The translations under genes and the position numbers were made by a program. Positions 12,401 to 26,600 of a stretch of DNA of 64,000 nucleotides are shown here, piece after piece. Below the pieces are notes generated by a model. It was not told where the DNA came from. It saw only the letters and a list, made by a program, of their open reading frames with translations, and ran no database searches. Within the stretch, counting starts at the first letter, position 1. Every line of letters begins with the position of its first letter. Origin of the DNA: Octopus bimaculoides (lineage: Eukaryota); the NCBI RefSeq assembly GCF_001194135.2, contig NC_068998.1:11815880-11879879 (forward strand), given 5' to 3'.

Positions 12401-15002
12401 TGAGGACTGATTACCAGATGATGCTAGAGAAAAAAAGTTGTGGGGAAAGACAGACCATAATTAAAAAATTAAAATAATGTTAAATGATTAAAACACTTGT
12501 TTAAAAAAAGAAACAAAGTACAGAATTCATCATCAGCATCATCATTTAATGCTAGCATGGACTGTATGGTTTGATAGGATCCCTTGGGCCCAAGAACTGC
12601 AATGTGTTCCAGTGTGCTTTGGAACGGTGTCTAAAGCTGGATGCCCTTCCTTAAGCCAACAGCTTTACATCATGTACCAGGTGCTTTTTTCTGTGCCACC
12701 AGCACAAGTAAGGTCAGCATGCAGCTCACAAAAAACCTGAGGGGAAGTGGGTAAGGTACAAGAGCAGGTTCTTGTAGAGGAGTTACATGGCAAGTGAGAA
12801 TGTTCAGTTGGAGCTTTGGAGCTGCAAAGACATAAATATAAATAGTGGTGATGAGGAGTTCAGGTGGCTCCTCAAGGTACGAGGTGAGCAGAAGTGAATG
12901 GGAACAGAAAAACTAGGAGTGTGGGTGAGTAGGGGTTTGCAAAGAGTGAACAGAGAAGCAAGAGATGGGAAGTAGACAACGTCTGTAAAGATAGAGTAGA
13001 TGTAAGAATTGCCGTTGTCGTCATTATTATTATTTAATGTGTTTTCCATGATGGCATGGGTTGGAGGGTTTGACAGGGGCTGGCAAGGCTGGGAGGCAAA
13101 CCAAGCTCCAATTATTGTTTTGGCATGGTTTTTACAGCCAGATGCCCTTTCTAATGCCAACCATTTTACAGAGTATACTGGGTGCTTTTTATGTAGCACC
13201 AGCAATATTAGTGCATATTGCTTTTTACGAGGTACCAGCATTGGTGCTTTTTACATAGCATAATTACTGACAGGGTCACTAAGTACCTTGCAAGAAAGAA
13301 GAAAGGCAAAAGGCAAATATAACTATAAGTTGAAACTAAGAAAACAATGAAAGAAATTGACAATACAAACCATCAAATGGTTTCTGATCTGGGACAGCTG
13401 ATAAACCACCTTGTCCTCTACCCTCTAGCGAAGAATGACTTCCCTGAAATAAAATAGAAAATACATGAATCTTTGTGTATTTGTACAAATGCATCTACAC
13501 AGAGGAAGAGGGGGAAATTATCAAATAAATTCCATTTAGATAATTAATTAGGTCTAGGGACTGAAACACTTTCTTACAATTAACTTGATTTTGTTACTAA
13601 TGACACAAATATTTGAAATTTTCCTTTGTTTTATTTATACATTACGTAACGGTAGTTCATTAGTTGTAGCAGTGTATCAGTATTATGGGATAGATAGAGA
13701 GAGAGAGGGATATATATATATATATATATATATATGTATAGGACCACTGTTGGTAATATAAGACTGTCTTGTATTAGGAGATGTAGCTATTTCAGAAAAT
13801 GACAGAAGCCAACGTACTGGGCTAAAGGATAACAATATAGAGAGATATTATTTGCTTTGAAGGCAACAAACTTGTTATGATAATACTCAGACAATTCCTA
13901 ACAAGATAAAAAAATTTTTGTCTTGAGGTTTTGCTTCATAACAAGCACCCAATGACATTAAATTTGAGAACCAATAGAAACTGCTAAACAGGATATAATG
14001 TGCTTCGATGGTCACACTGCTCAGTACAATATCCACTGATAGTTACATTACACCCCAAGTCTTAGGCATTCATTTAAGCTACCATTTCAACAAAATCTTT
14101 TATCATTTGAGCCAAAGTCATGTTAAACCTTTTAGCTTTTAGATGACCCTACCAAGTGTAAAGCTTATTTATTCACATTGTTTTGAATCAATTCTGTGTT
14201 ATAGCTTTAAAATTTCAATGATGTGACTGTTTATGTTTAGAATGACATTGACATTGTAGGGCAAGTGTGAGAGAACATAGCTGGTCAGTGTGAACATAAA
14301 ACAGGGTGAACACTAGAGCCACATATCACCAATTTAAATGTTAAAGAGTCACTAGGTGTCAACAATGCAAAGAATTTAGAAAGAGTTGGATGAATCTAAT
14401 GGTGATTATAAAGGTATGGTAGCTCATAAAATTCACTCTGATTTTTCTGAGAAGAAAAAACTCCTGTATTTGACCATGATTGACAATGATCCCTTCGAAG
14501 AACAAAATTTTGAAACAATATGTTACAAATAAAGCTATGAGCTCAACCACTGTAACTCAATAAGAGACAGCAAATATAGTGAAGGAAAAACAATACAGAT
14601 CGAAGGCTAAAAAAAGTCAACGGTCTAATAAATACATATAACACATTTCAGAAATACAGACATGTATGTGAAGAGGCTTTGTTTTCAATAAGTCAATCTT
14701 TTAGAACTCAAACTGGCCACATCCAGCCCAAATATTCTACCTGTTTTATGTTTAAACAGTCTCTCACACCCTAAAATGTTGTCCTAAAATTAAACAATCA
14801 AATCACCAAAATTTGAAAGCTACAAGAAAATGCATGATTAATTCAAAACAAAGTGAATAAATAAACATAGTTGATAGAATAATCTGAATGCTAAAGGGTT
14901 AAGACACTTTAAGTGCATATCCCATTCAACATCTTTGAGATTACCATCACAACTGTTAACATCATCAACAGACAACAGAGGGATGCTGTAGACTAAGAAA
15001 GC

Positions 15003-15044
<42 letters not shown>

Positions 15045-17600
15045 GTGGGGAGTACTTAGCAATCACCTAACATTCACCTTCTGCTAAATGGTCATGAATA
15101 AAAGAAGGAAAAATATCACCAGCTTGAAATGAGTTTGCAATACTCACTTCCATGTTTGACAACCAAATATGTTAAACATGTAAACACTAAACATCATGTT
15201 TGGTGCTTTTTTAAAAAAATTTCTGCTCTGTGCAAACACCCACCTAACTTTATTTGTCTATTTTTTCAGTGCATTAAACATATATATCATTCTTCTGCAC
15301 TTAAAAGTTGCACTGTCTTTACAGCATTGAGTTTCTGTCTTTGTTTACTATAAACAGACAGAAATTTAATATTCTGTATGAGAATCAGACACATGCTTTA
15401 CGAGAATGAAAATGCAACGGGCTACAGCCCAGAGCCTTGGCGAGCACCTAACCCAATGTAAAGTTACATAAATGAGAAAAATTAGCAAACACACACACAT
15501 GTAAGTGCATGTACAGACACATACAAGCGTGCACACAGATACATACATGAATACATGCACACACACATACATTCACGCACACAATTTTACTTAATGGAAA
15601 GAACAAACCACTCAATGTCAGAAACATCAAAAAGATTGAATAACACTTCACATTGAAAATTCAAGATTCTTCTGACTAAAATAAGCATCTGGTAATCATT
15701 TAACACTATATAGAGCTTGAGGCCATGTGGTCAACATAGCATTAAGCATCATACACACATTTTTTATAGCTTTCATCCAACTTACTCGAGCACTGACATT
15801 TTCCTGTTTGTTATGCCTAGCTGGCTCACTGTTCCCATTGGTGAACTGTATTTATTTTCCTAACTGTGCCAGTTACAAAATAAACATCATAGTGGCAAGT
15901 TCTAACATTCACAAACTAGCTTGGTAAAAGAGCATAGAAACCATCTGTGAGAACTTGGTAAGTATTAATAAAAGCCATATGTAAAAAGTAAAGAGGAGGG
16001 TATAAGTTTTAACTGCTTTTAACGGGAAAAAAAAAATGTAACTGATATAAAGACAGGAAATTATGAATCTGGCCAGAAATTTTAGGCTTATTACTTTTAA
16101 TGAATCTATTGTTGTAAAGTTTTGTAATTAATACATTTATAACCGTAAAGAGATAGGATTCATGATATATATTTATATCCAAATTTACAATGGTCATTAA
16201 TAAATGTTTAAACCCTCGTCCCAGCAATGTTCTCCCTCATATTCAAACAAATTAATAAAATAAATATTAAATAATAATAATATTAATAATGCAAACATTG
16301 GGTAATAAACAGCAAAGTCAACATTTTTTGCTAAATATTATTATAAAAGATGAAAAGCAAACTATATCTCACCATATGGGAATCCATGTGTGCAGCAGCT
16401 GCCACAGCCATTGAGAGGCTTTGGTAAGAAGGTATATTGGCATTTGGCCCACCTGGTATTCCAGCTGATGTCCCATTGGAATGTGGCGGTGGTTGCATTA
16501 TGCTGCTTGGACCTCCTGTCAAACCTGGAATCATACCGGGAGCTGGTTGACCTTCGGCATGGTTGCGTAGAACCAATATGGCATCATCTAAACGTTCTTC
16601 CATCCTACTTTGCTGTTTGGAGAAAAAGAAAATTACATCATTAATTAATTGAGAATTTACCCTTTTAATGATTTCTTCCAAGTAGGCATGAAGAACACTT
16701 CTGGAGAGTAACATGTATAGTCAATAAAACCAACTGTATTCATTTGCAATTAAATATCCAGAAACAGAAATCAGAAGTTGACCTCTGAAATTTGAACACA
16801 AAGAGACCAGACTCAATTGCTGTAAGGTATAAAATACAATCTAATGTGCTACTGTTATCAGCAGTTATACACAATGTGATGAAGTAATAATTATTGTTTG
16901 CTATTTGTCTGGGTCAAGCTACTTAACAGCATAGCATAGCTGTATGGTTAGGAAGTTTGCTTTGTGACAACATGGTTCTGGGTTCACGATCACTGCAGAG
17001 CACCTTGGGTAAATGTCTTCAACCACAGCCCTGAGTTGACCAATGTTTCCCCGAGTAAAATTTGGTCAACAGAGACTGTGCTAGAGTATTTTCACTGCTC
17101 TAAATAGGGATTTAATTTCTGAAATTCAAGCAGGTCTTGCAGAAGATTTTGAAGACACAAAAGGTGTAAAAGATTTATTGAAATTTTCTTTGAATTTCTA
17201 TCTTTCTGGTTTCTCTGTCAGCTTTACCAATTTGGATATAATTGGTATATATTCCTTAAGATTCTCTTTCTGCCCTCCCTTGATGACAACACCATATATC
17301 CTATTTTAAATGTGAGACTGTAAGAAATACAAATTTTCTATGCAAAGAGAAATATGTATTTCTGAGTGTGCCTTCTCGCCTTAGCCAGCTCTATATATAT
17401 GGATATTATATGCACACCATTCTTTTAGTGTTCACTTTTCCATGCTCTCATGGGTTCAATAGAGTTTATTGAGACAACCTTTCTGCAGCCAGGTGTCCTT
17501 CCTTCCACCAATCCCCCACCTGTTTTAGCAGAATATTGGAAATGAATGACACTGCTTCTATGTCAGTGACATAATTTACATTTATCACAAGATATCAAGA

Positions 17601-17635
<35 letters not shown>

Positions 17636-18029
17636 CACATATCATCATCATTTAACACCTATCTTGCATGCTGGTATGGGTTGGACAGTTTGACAGAAGC
17701 CAGCCAGGTAGAAGACCACACCAGGCTGCTGTGTTTGTTTCAGCATGGTTTTATGGCTGAACGCCCTTCCTAACAGCAATACATGTCCTGTGATTCAGGA
17801 AAAGATCAAATAGATAAAAACAGCGACAATTTACAACTTCAAGAAAATATACTTTCCACAAGAATCCAATTTGATGTCATGCAAACAAAAGCCACAAATT
17901 CTTTACATTTTTATTTCTTTTCTTCTTCAATCATACATGCAAGAAGTTTAAAACATTCTAATAAAATATGTATAGAGGGATTTGGGAAAAATACATATGA
18001 GATTTGAAAAGATCATGTTGGTTGACTAG

Positions 18030-18068
<39 letters not shown>

Positions 18069-20581
18069 CCATTCAAGTGTGGATTTGATGGAGCTTTAAG
18101 AGCTGGGTGTTCTTCTTAACCCCTTCAATACCAACCCAACTGAAACCGCCTCTAGATCTGTAGTACAAATGTCTTGTTTTCAAAAGTTCTGAATTGAAAT
18201 CTTCCACCAAACCTTAGTCACAATTTAAGTTCTTAACACTAGCTTAATGATAAGTAAGTTATTTTACTAAATTCTTTGTTATATTAAAAATTAACTGAAA
18301 GAAACACAGAGCATCTCAACAGAAATATAGTAACAAATGGTTAATGAGTACCATCTTCAATAGAAGAATGGTTGCATAACCAGCTCTGTGTGTGTGCTCT
18401 TTCCATGTGTAATACATGATACATCTCTATGGACGTGTCATTTCTCTCTATAAATTAGCATCTGTCCAAACCCTAAACTCTAATCAGTGCCCTTGATCCT
18501 TTACAGAGACTCCAAGACTCAAAGAGGGAGAGACGGAGAAGAAGGCATTTTGAAACCGAAGACCTCTCAAATGCTTGCAACAGAGTGGATTCTGCTAAAG
18601 GCAGGCACTCAAGGTGGCAAATGGTGGGGAATGGATTAAGTCTGCCACCTATGTAAGCCATGAAGAATACGCAACTGAGAAAAATAAAGGGCATGAACAA
18701 ATACTACAATTATTATTATTATTATTATTATACCATTTGACACACTAAAGGTTTCTATCAGTCCACTTGTCTTAGATTGGTGTATTTGTTGATTTGGAAG
18801 GATGAAAAGTAAAGTTGACCTCAGCGGGATTTGAACTCAGAACACAAGTTGTCAGAATAAATAAAGCAATGTATTTTGTCTGACACCGTAACAACTCAGC
18901 CACTCCAGCACCTACTCTTTATTTCATGGGATCTGTGATAGCACCAAGGAGAAGAAATGTCCACAAAATATGGTAAAAATCACTGGAGCTATCTAACAAT
19001 AATATAGGCACAGGAGTGGCTATGTGATAAGAAGTTTGCTTCCCAACCACATGGTTCCAGGTCCAGATCCACAAGTGTCTTCTACTACAGTCTTGGGCCA
19101 ACCAAAGCCTGCAAGTGAACCTGGTAGATGGAAACTGATAAAAGCTCATTGTACATATGTATACATCTATGTGAGTGAGTCTTTGTGCCAGTGTTTTCCC
19201 CCTGCCCCCACTACCGTCACTTGATAACCAATGTTGATGCCTTTATGTGCCTGAAATTTAGCAGTTTGACAAAAGACAGAGAGACTAAGTAACCAGGCTT
19301 AAAAGAATTTAAAAAGAAAAAAATACTGAGGTCTATTCTTCTTCTCACACAGCCATGCATGCGACTATAATTTGAAATCATTTCCACTCAATACACATCT
19401 TAACATAGTCTAAAAGCTTTAATATGCCAAAAGTGTGTATTGTAGTTCAATGGCAGTTAGCAGGTAGGTTCAAATAAATTTTACCATCCAAATATTCATC
19501 TGCCTCACAACTGTAATGTCACTGAAAGTTAAATGGAATCCTGAATGTGAGCCTTTGTTTAACCCTTTGCCTGTCTTGTTTACCACATGTGAAACATACA
19601 ACATGTTTCTCTGACATCCATGCATCGTATATGATACATATTACCTTTTTTTTTTTTCAACCACCAGAGTAATGTGTGACTTATAAAAGGAAAGCTTTAT
19701 ATTACTTAGATCACATGAGAAAGGGCTAAGTGGAAGTTTGAATACAAGCATGACTGTTAAGAACAAACTTATAAAAAATGCTTTGGGTAGGTAAGAGGTT
19801 AAATGTGGAGGTCAATATCCTGAAACTCAAAAGTTTCACTAAGAAAATACTGCTGAACGAACTAGATATGTATAGAAATGAAGGAAATACATGTGATTGC
19901 GAGGAAAGCCAAGGTAAAAGTAAACTAACGGGTGGAAGTCTTAAGATGAAATATTTCAAATTGTTGTCTACATGAAGCTGGCATGGAAAACCAGTTATGA
20001 CGACGGCAGTAGCAACAATAACGAAGCCGGCAAGGAAGGGTTTTATGCTTTTGAAGAAACAATGGCAGCAAAAACAGTTAAGTTACAAAACTGCTACCGC
20101 CACCACTAGCATCACCAGCAACACTAAGACGAACAACTGAGAAAATGAGATGATGGGAGTTTGCAATTAGCAAACACTACTTCTTCTATAAAGTGAAATC
20201 GTGAGTAATTAGGACAGTTCATAAATGCTACAACACCATTTTATGGGTATGTGTACACACAGAGATACACACAAACAGAAATTATTTACTGAGAGGGCCG
20301 AGAATATGAGTAAATCTTGAAGGTTGATGAGTTAATTGTTAGCTGAGAGTTTGATAAGTTCAGAGAGACAGGAATACAGCTTTGTAGAATATATTTAAGC
20401 ATTGCTGCCGCTGCTGCTCGCTGTTAGAAATGAAGCAAAAGGTTTAATGATATTCTTGGCAGCCTGACAAAACAGCACACACTTTAAATACATAAGCTGA
20501 TCATGGATGCAAATGCTCTGAAGTCTAGTCTGATATATAAACAGTGAGTCATTAAAAAAGAGAGAGAGAGAGAGAAAGGGA

Positions 20582-20612
<31 letters not shown>

Positions 20613-23600
20613 GACAGGCTGAAAAGGCAGGGAGAACTCAGTAGCTGAGGTTTGTGGTAGTTTGAAGCAACTCAGAAAACTTTTTGTTACTACTGATGAC
20701 AATAACAGGTATTGCTGCAAGACACAACAAAATCAGAAGTGTTATCTTACAAAAAGCAATGATGATATAAATAAATAAATAAATAAAAAACAAAAACAAG
20801 GTGATATAAAAGAAAGTAATGAAATAACACAATAATGCGAGTGAGAGAAGAAANNNNNNNNNNNNNNNNNNNNNNNNNNNNNNNNNNNNNNNNNNNNNNN
20901 NNNNNNNNNNNNNNNNNNNNNNNNNNNNNNNNNNNNNNNNNNNNNNNNNNNNNNNNNNNNNNNNNNNNNNNNNNNNNNNNNNNNNNNNNNNNNNNNNNNN
21001 NNNNNNNNNNNNNNNNNNNNNNNNNNNNNNNNNNNNNNNNNNNNNNNNNNNNNNNNNNNNNNNNNNNNNNNNNNNNNNNNNNNNNNNNNNNNNNNNNNNN
21101 NNNNNNNNNNNNNNNNNNNNNNNNNNNNNNNNNNNNNNNNNNNNNNTAAATAGATCGTATTGTAGATACTTTAGCCCCCAAAATCAATTTTACCTACTCA
21201 AGTTTCATATTTATGTGGGTGGCTGTATCATACACCCACACACTTGTATGTATATCATCATCATTATCGTTTTACATCTGGTTTTCCATGCTGGTATGGG
21301 TTGGGTAGGTTTCTTGTTGCAATTTGCAACAGGGGAAACAGAAGGAAAAACAAAAAAAAAAAAAAACACTCGGTTATGTTGGTGCATGTGCTTACAGCGT
21401 GGACTTCATGCATTTTATTAGGCCACTATCACAAAAGAGGTTGTCTCCAGTGGAAAATTAAAGGATCCTTCTGATCTGAAACAGCTCTTGGAATTCACAA
21501 GTTGCATCACAGATTGACAGGGTTGCATATTAATCAAATTTTCTATGGCTGGATGCCTACCCTATCATAAACCGCTTGGGTACTTTCTATCATGCCATCA
21601 ACATGAGAGAGGGTACCTATGTGAATGTGAGGACTAAAGAGTTCTCTCTACTCTGTATCATCAGAACTTATTTGAATGTGCTGCCCTCCTTGGAGGTCTG
21701 CCTGTGGTATTGCTTGTCAAGTCCACTTTTGACATGTATGTTTTGTTTTTGTGTAGTCTTTATGGCTAGATACCCTTTTTATCACCAATTATAGGAAGTC
21801 ACATAAAATATATATCATCATCATCATCGTTTAACGTCCGCTTTCCATGCTAGCATGGGTTGGACGATTTGACTGAGGACTGGTGAAACCGGATGGCAAC
21901 ACCAGGCTCCAGTCTGATTTGGCAGAGTTTCTACAGCTGGATGCCCTTCCTAACGCCAACCACTCAGAGAGTGTAGTGGGTGCTTTTACGTGTCACCCGC
22001 ATATATGTCTATATATATGCACAGAACACAGCTAATGTCATTTGAAAGTTGTCTAACTAGCTACAAAGCATGACACATACTAAGGTTGCTAAGTGTGGAA
22101 GAATGGCAATATTATAGACAGTACTTAATCATGGGCTAGATGAGATCACTAATTCTGAAATTTGCACAGATTCTCAAAGGAAGTGCTTCGGGTGTGCTTG
22201 CTCTGGTCAACTACACAATGAAAGTTGTAAGCTAGATTTCTGCAAGGCAAATAAATGGAGAGGGTAACACAATGACAACAGCATTGCTAAAAACTTACCA
22301 TAAAATCACCTCATCTGTCATAACAAGAACAACAATAAGAATAAGAATAATGATGATAATTATTTTGTAGTCAAGAGAGCTGACTCCAGAATATTAACGA
22401 TAAACGTTCTATCGGTTCTGGAAGAATGCAAAATAAAAGTAGCTCTTCAGAGATTTCAATTCAGAACAGTGAGACATGGAATTAGATACCAAAAAGCTTC
22501 TAGTCCACTATTCTAGTTCTGGCACCATTTTCAAAAATCTAATCCTCCAGTTCAATTTATGAAGATTTCTAACACTGACACAAGCCAGAATTTCTGTGAT
22601 CTTCATGCCTTTTGTCAAAGCATTAACGATTTCATTGTAGTCAAACTTGAAGCTGGTATCTGATCACAAAATTGAGTTTCTTTTTGAGAGCTTACTTCTA
22701 TAATACTCACCAACTTTCTATGTTATAATAAAGATGATGATGATGATGATGAAAAAATTATGAAACAAATATAGCATCAACTGCAAATACACAGAGTTAA
22801 GGAACCAGTTGTAGACCTGACCCACTTGTTTTGCTGTGTACTTACACAATTTTACAAAAAATATGACCAATGGCATGAAGACCATAACAGCATCTGAACA
22901 AGAGATCTTTCTTGAAAAACTATCAAACTGTTATTTCATGAAAACAAATTACTGAGCCTCAAAATACTGAACCTTTCAACACTTGCAAATGTCTAATGTT
23001 TTAGTCTTGTCTCGTGCATTTGGCCATGAACAAATAAGAAAATATACACAATCTCAACCTAGTGTTTTAATAATACTAAATATCAAAATCATCAGTATTT
23101 TTACTCAATTATTGCAATTGCTACACTTCATGTGACCATTTTGGTTTGTGTGCTAGGCCAGTGGCACTCCAATTCAGATTTCACCCAATGCAAAGCTGAT
23201 CTATTCTAAGCTGGGTTAAAGTTTCAAACCCAACCTACTACCCACCAACACCTATAGTTTTATCAAAACCACACAACTCCCGACTTGAAACTTTCCTAAG
23301 CTGTTTCAATTTAAGGATTGTTCCAGAAACTTCATGTAACTCTAACATTGTTTTGCACTAACAGCAAAGTTAAAGACAGATTTTAAAATCATTTACTTTC
23401 TGAAACTAATATCAAGCCATCCACACTTTGTCCACCATGTTTTCCTTCTAATAATACATAATACATATTACCATAAACTCTCCCACATAGGGATATTTTA
23501 GCCATTCTAACTTAATGATTCTATTTTGAATTTATAGTGCATTTTAATATAATAGAAAAAAAAAAAAAAGAAAATGAATACACTAACTGTTGAGTGTAAA

Positions 23601-26600
23601 ATAAAAAACAAAATTTATGTTTATAGCATGCAAACATCTCCACAGTTTTTTAATGATCATGCTGACTTTCTTTGCAAATACAAGGCAATACATTAAGCAC
23701 TGGTGCACCAGATTACCAAATCATTCCTTGATTTAACCATGCAGTATATTACAATTCTATCATCTGTAACTCTTTTTTTTTCAGAGAAACGATTGACCAA
23801 TCAAATCATGCAGTCTATCTTCTGCTACCATGCTACTGCTTAACCCAGTGTTGCTGTAGAAGCAAGGCAACTACAGTTGGAGATGTTTTCAACACACATT
23901 CACAGCAAAATTTAACACGGAATAACATAATAGAAGCCTACCTTCTGAATGTTCTTGTTTTCTCCCCTGCTATAGCGTAGCTTTAATGAAAGATAAAAAC
24001 AACAGTTTACCACAGTATTGAACCAAGTTTAATTTTAAAATGAGCAAAACAACCATAAAAATGCATCGCAGTCTTTATATTGTTTTTTTTTTATCCTTCA
24101 GAATTGTGGAAGAACCTACAGCAAAAGTATATTAGTATATCTTAAGCGTTTAACATGCTTCATTCCCCATGAAGCATATATACCTCATATTCATTCCCCA
24201 TGAAGTATGTATACCTCATATACTGACCCACACAACTACAATTATTGGTGTATATAAGTCTGTGAGGATGTATGAGTGATTATGAGTGTATGTGTGGTGG
24301 CATGCTGCATGAGATGAACCGATGTACAAAATTAAACACTTGCATATGTCCCTACTCCGCACACTGAATAAGTATTTTTACAAGTTGATGTCTGCCTTAA
24401 AATCCATAGCTTCAGCTAAATAGACTTGAGTAAATGTAAAGTGGACTGCCCGAGAATCTACAACCCAATGCCAATCACAGAGTTTGAAGCAATCATTTGT
24501 AGGAACTAACCACCATATTGACATCTAATAGTGATAAAACTGAGAGTTAGAAATTGATTTCACCACTGGAACGAAAGCAATCTGATAACACATTCATAAC
24601 AAATTGGATTAGCTGAAGTGTTTGGAAGATTTCAATAGAACATTTGAAGAAAATGATGCAAACACTTACTAATGAATGAAGATGGTTGTCAAAATGTGGC
24701 GAGGTAGTGCTGCTCTGAGTGCTTGGTCGCTGCCAGTGACTAGTTGGGCCTGAAATAGTAACAAAATAATTCAATAACAAGCTTTATTAAACAATTTCAT
24801 ACACAAATGAACAAATAAAATCAGTATGCTTTTGTATCAAACAATGTTTCCCACTTTTCCATAATAGTCAATAAAGCTGATATTTTGGCATTCAACACTC
24901 TAGATATAAGCACTGTTAAATTTCAAGACTGCTAATATTCTTTGAATTTCGCTCTTTTGTTTAAAGCTGTCACACCAGTATCTAACAAAGCCTTCTTCAT
25001 TCAGCTACCTTTCTTGAAAATAAAAATCCTTAAATAGGTTTTATTTTATAATATGATGTTGATACCATATTCCACTCACTTTGCAAAAGAAATTGTCTAT
25101 ATGGCTGACATTTCAGCATAAAATTGTGAGGTTAAAAGACATCATATTTTTGATGATGTCTTTGAATTCACTCTGTTATTGAAAGTTTCTGCATTACCAC
25201 TGAAATCCACATCCAAAAGTCTGGGTGTTGAACAATGATAGTATTAACCCCATTATGTGCATCCTCATTTTCATTGGTCCCATTTTGGTTAAACGATGTG
25301 TGTTATTAAAATACTTGAAGCATCTCCTACAAGTACTATAGAAATTACTTCTGCTAGTCAACATCAAAACAGTTGGAAGGTGATTTTGATATAATTTTCT
25401 CTCTCCACCGGAGAAAGTAATCTCGTGATACCAAAACACTTTAAAGGCAAACCTGTTAGGGATTTCGTCCTTACAAAAGTTTGCCAGATGATGATGAAAA
25501 CAAGATGGTGACAACCTTCAATGATGGAGTGAAGTGCAAAGAACATTTGAAGACCTGTCGATTCAAAATGCTTTATCTAGTAGAGTATTTTAAACTGGAC
25601 TGTATAGGTGCAGGCATGGATGTATGGTCAAGAAGCTTGCTTTCCACCATGCGGTGTCAGGTTCTGTCCCACAGCTCAGTACCTTGAGCAGTTGGCTTCT
25701 ACTATAGCCCCAGCCTGACCAAAGCCATTTGAGAGGATTTGATAGATGGAAAATAAAAAAAGAAGCTCATCATGTGTATACCCTTGTCTTGACAACAGTT
25801 GAGGGTTGGCAACAGCAAGGGCATCTGGCTTTGGATAATCTACTTCACTGAATTCCATCTAACTCATGCAAACATGGAAATATAGATACTAAAAGGTGAC
25901 GATAATATATAACTGCATTAATTCATTTTTATAGGATAAACAATACTTCCAGTTTCATCTATGTTGGATGAAAGAATATTCATAAGGCAAGTTTTAAAAA
26001 GAATCTTTGCTTAATTATTCTTTCCCATTACATATAACTTTATATAAGTCATTAACAAATGATATAATAATTATTAATACACTTATTCAATTAATATATA
26101 TAAGTGTACACTACATATTAATGTCCTAAAAATGGTGAACACACACATACACACATATATATATACCATTTATAGGACATATATATATATTATAGAACCT
26201 TTAGTTCTAATATATTTTATAGAACCTTTAGATCTAATGTACTCAATATTTCCCATAATTGCTTTCTCCTGATGATTTGAATTTTTACCTGACATAGGAG
26301 GAGGTGATGATACTGGAGTGGAAGGGTTCGAGCCATAACTGCTGTTAGTATGTTCTGTGGAGTAGATCTAGAAAACAGAAAAGCAAATCATAATAATAAA
26401 TAACGATAATGATGATGAACAATGAAAATGATGATGATGACAATGATGATGATATAGGCATAAGACCACAAAAATGGGGGGACGGAGGGAATGGTTGATT
26501 AAATCAGCATTGGTTCACGACTAGTACATGTTTGCATGATGCCAAAAGGATGAAAAGCCAAAGACACTCCCAGATTGATTTGAACTCAAAATGCAAAGGG

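Noticed and set aside
15786-15863. Strong donor CGA|gtaagt with a possible 18-nt (ENVSAR) or 78-nt exon
   Set aside because: The 18-nt version has an A-rich acceptor with no pyrimidine tract; the 78-nt version has a stop. Equally strong donors occur on the non-coding strand.
18473-18660. Coding-like plus-strand stretch ([12 protein letters not shown]...ACNRV...H)
   Set aside because: No start or splice context; resembles a decayed LINE C-terminal zinc-finger region.
11955-18910. Inverted family B SINEs flanking exons 16612-12267 (circRNA-promoting layout)
   Set aside because: Only about 55 nt of moderately similar overlap; inevitable at this SINE density.
25200-25590. Possible piggyBac transposase remnant (KGKPVR)
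   Set aside because: Single short motif with many stops; cannot be supported without a search.
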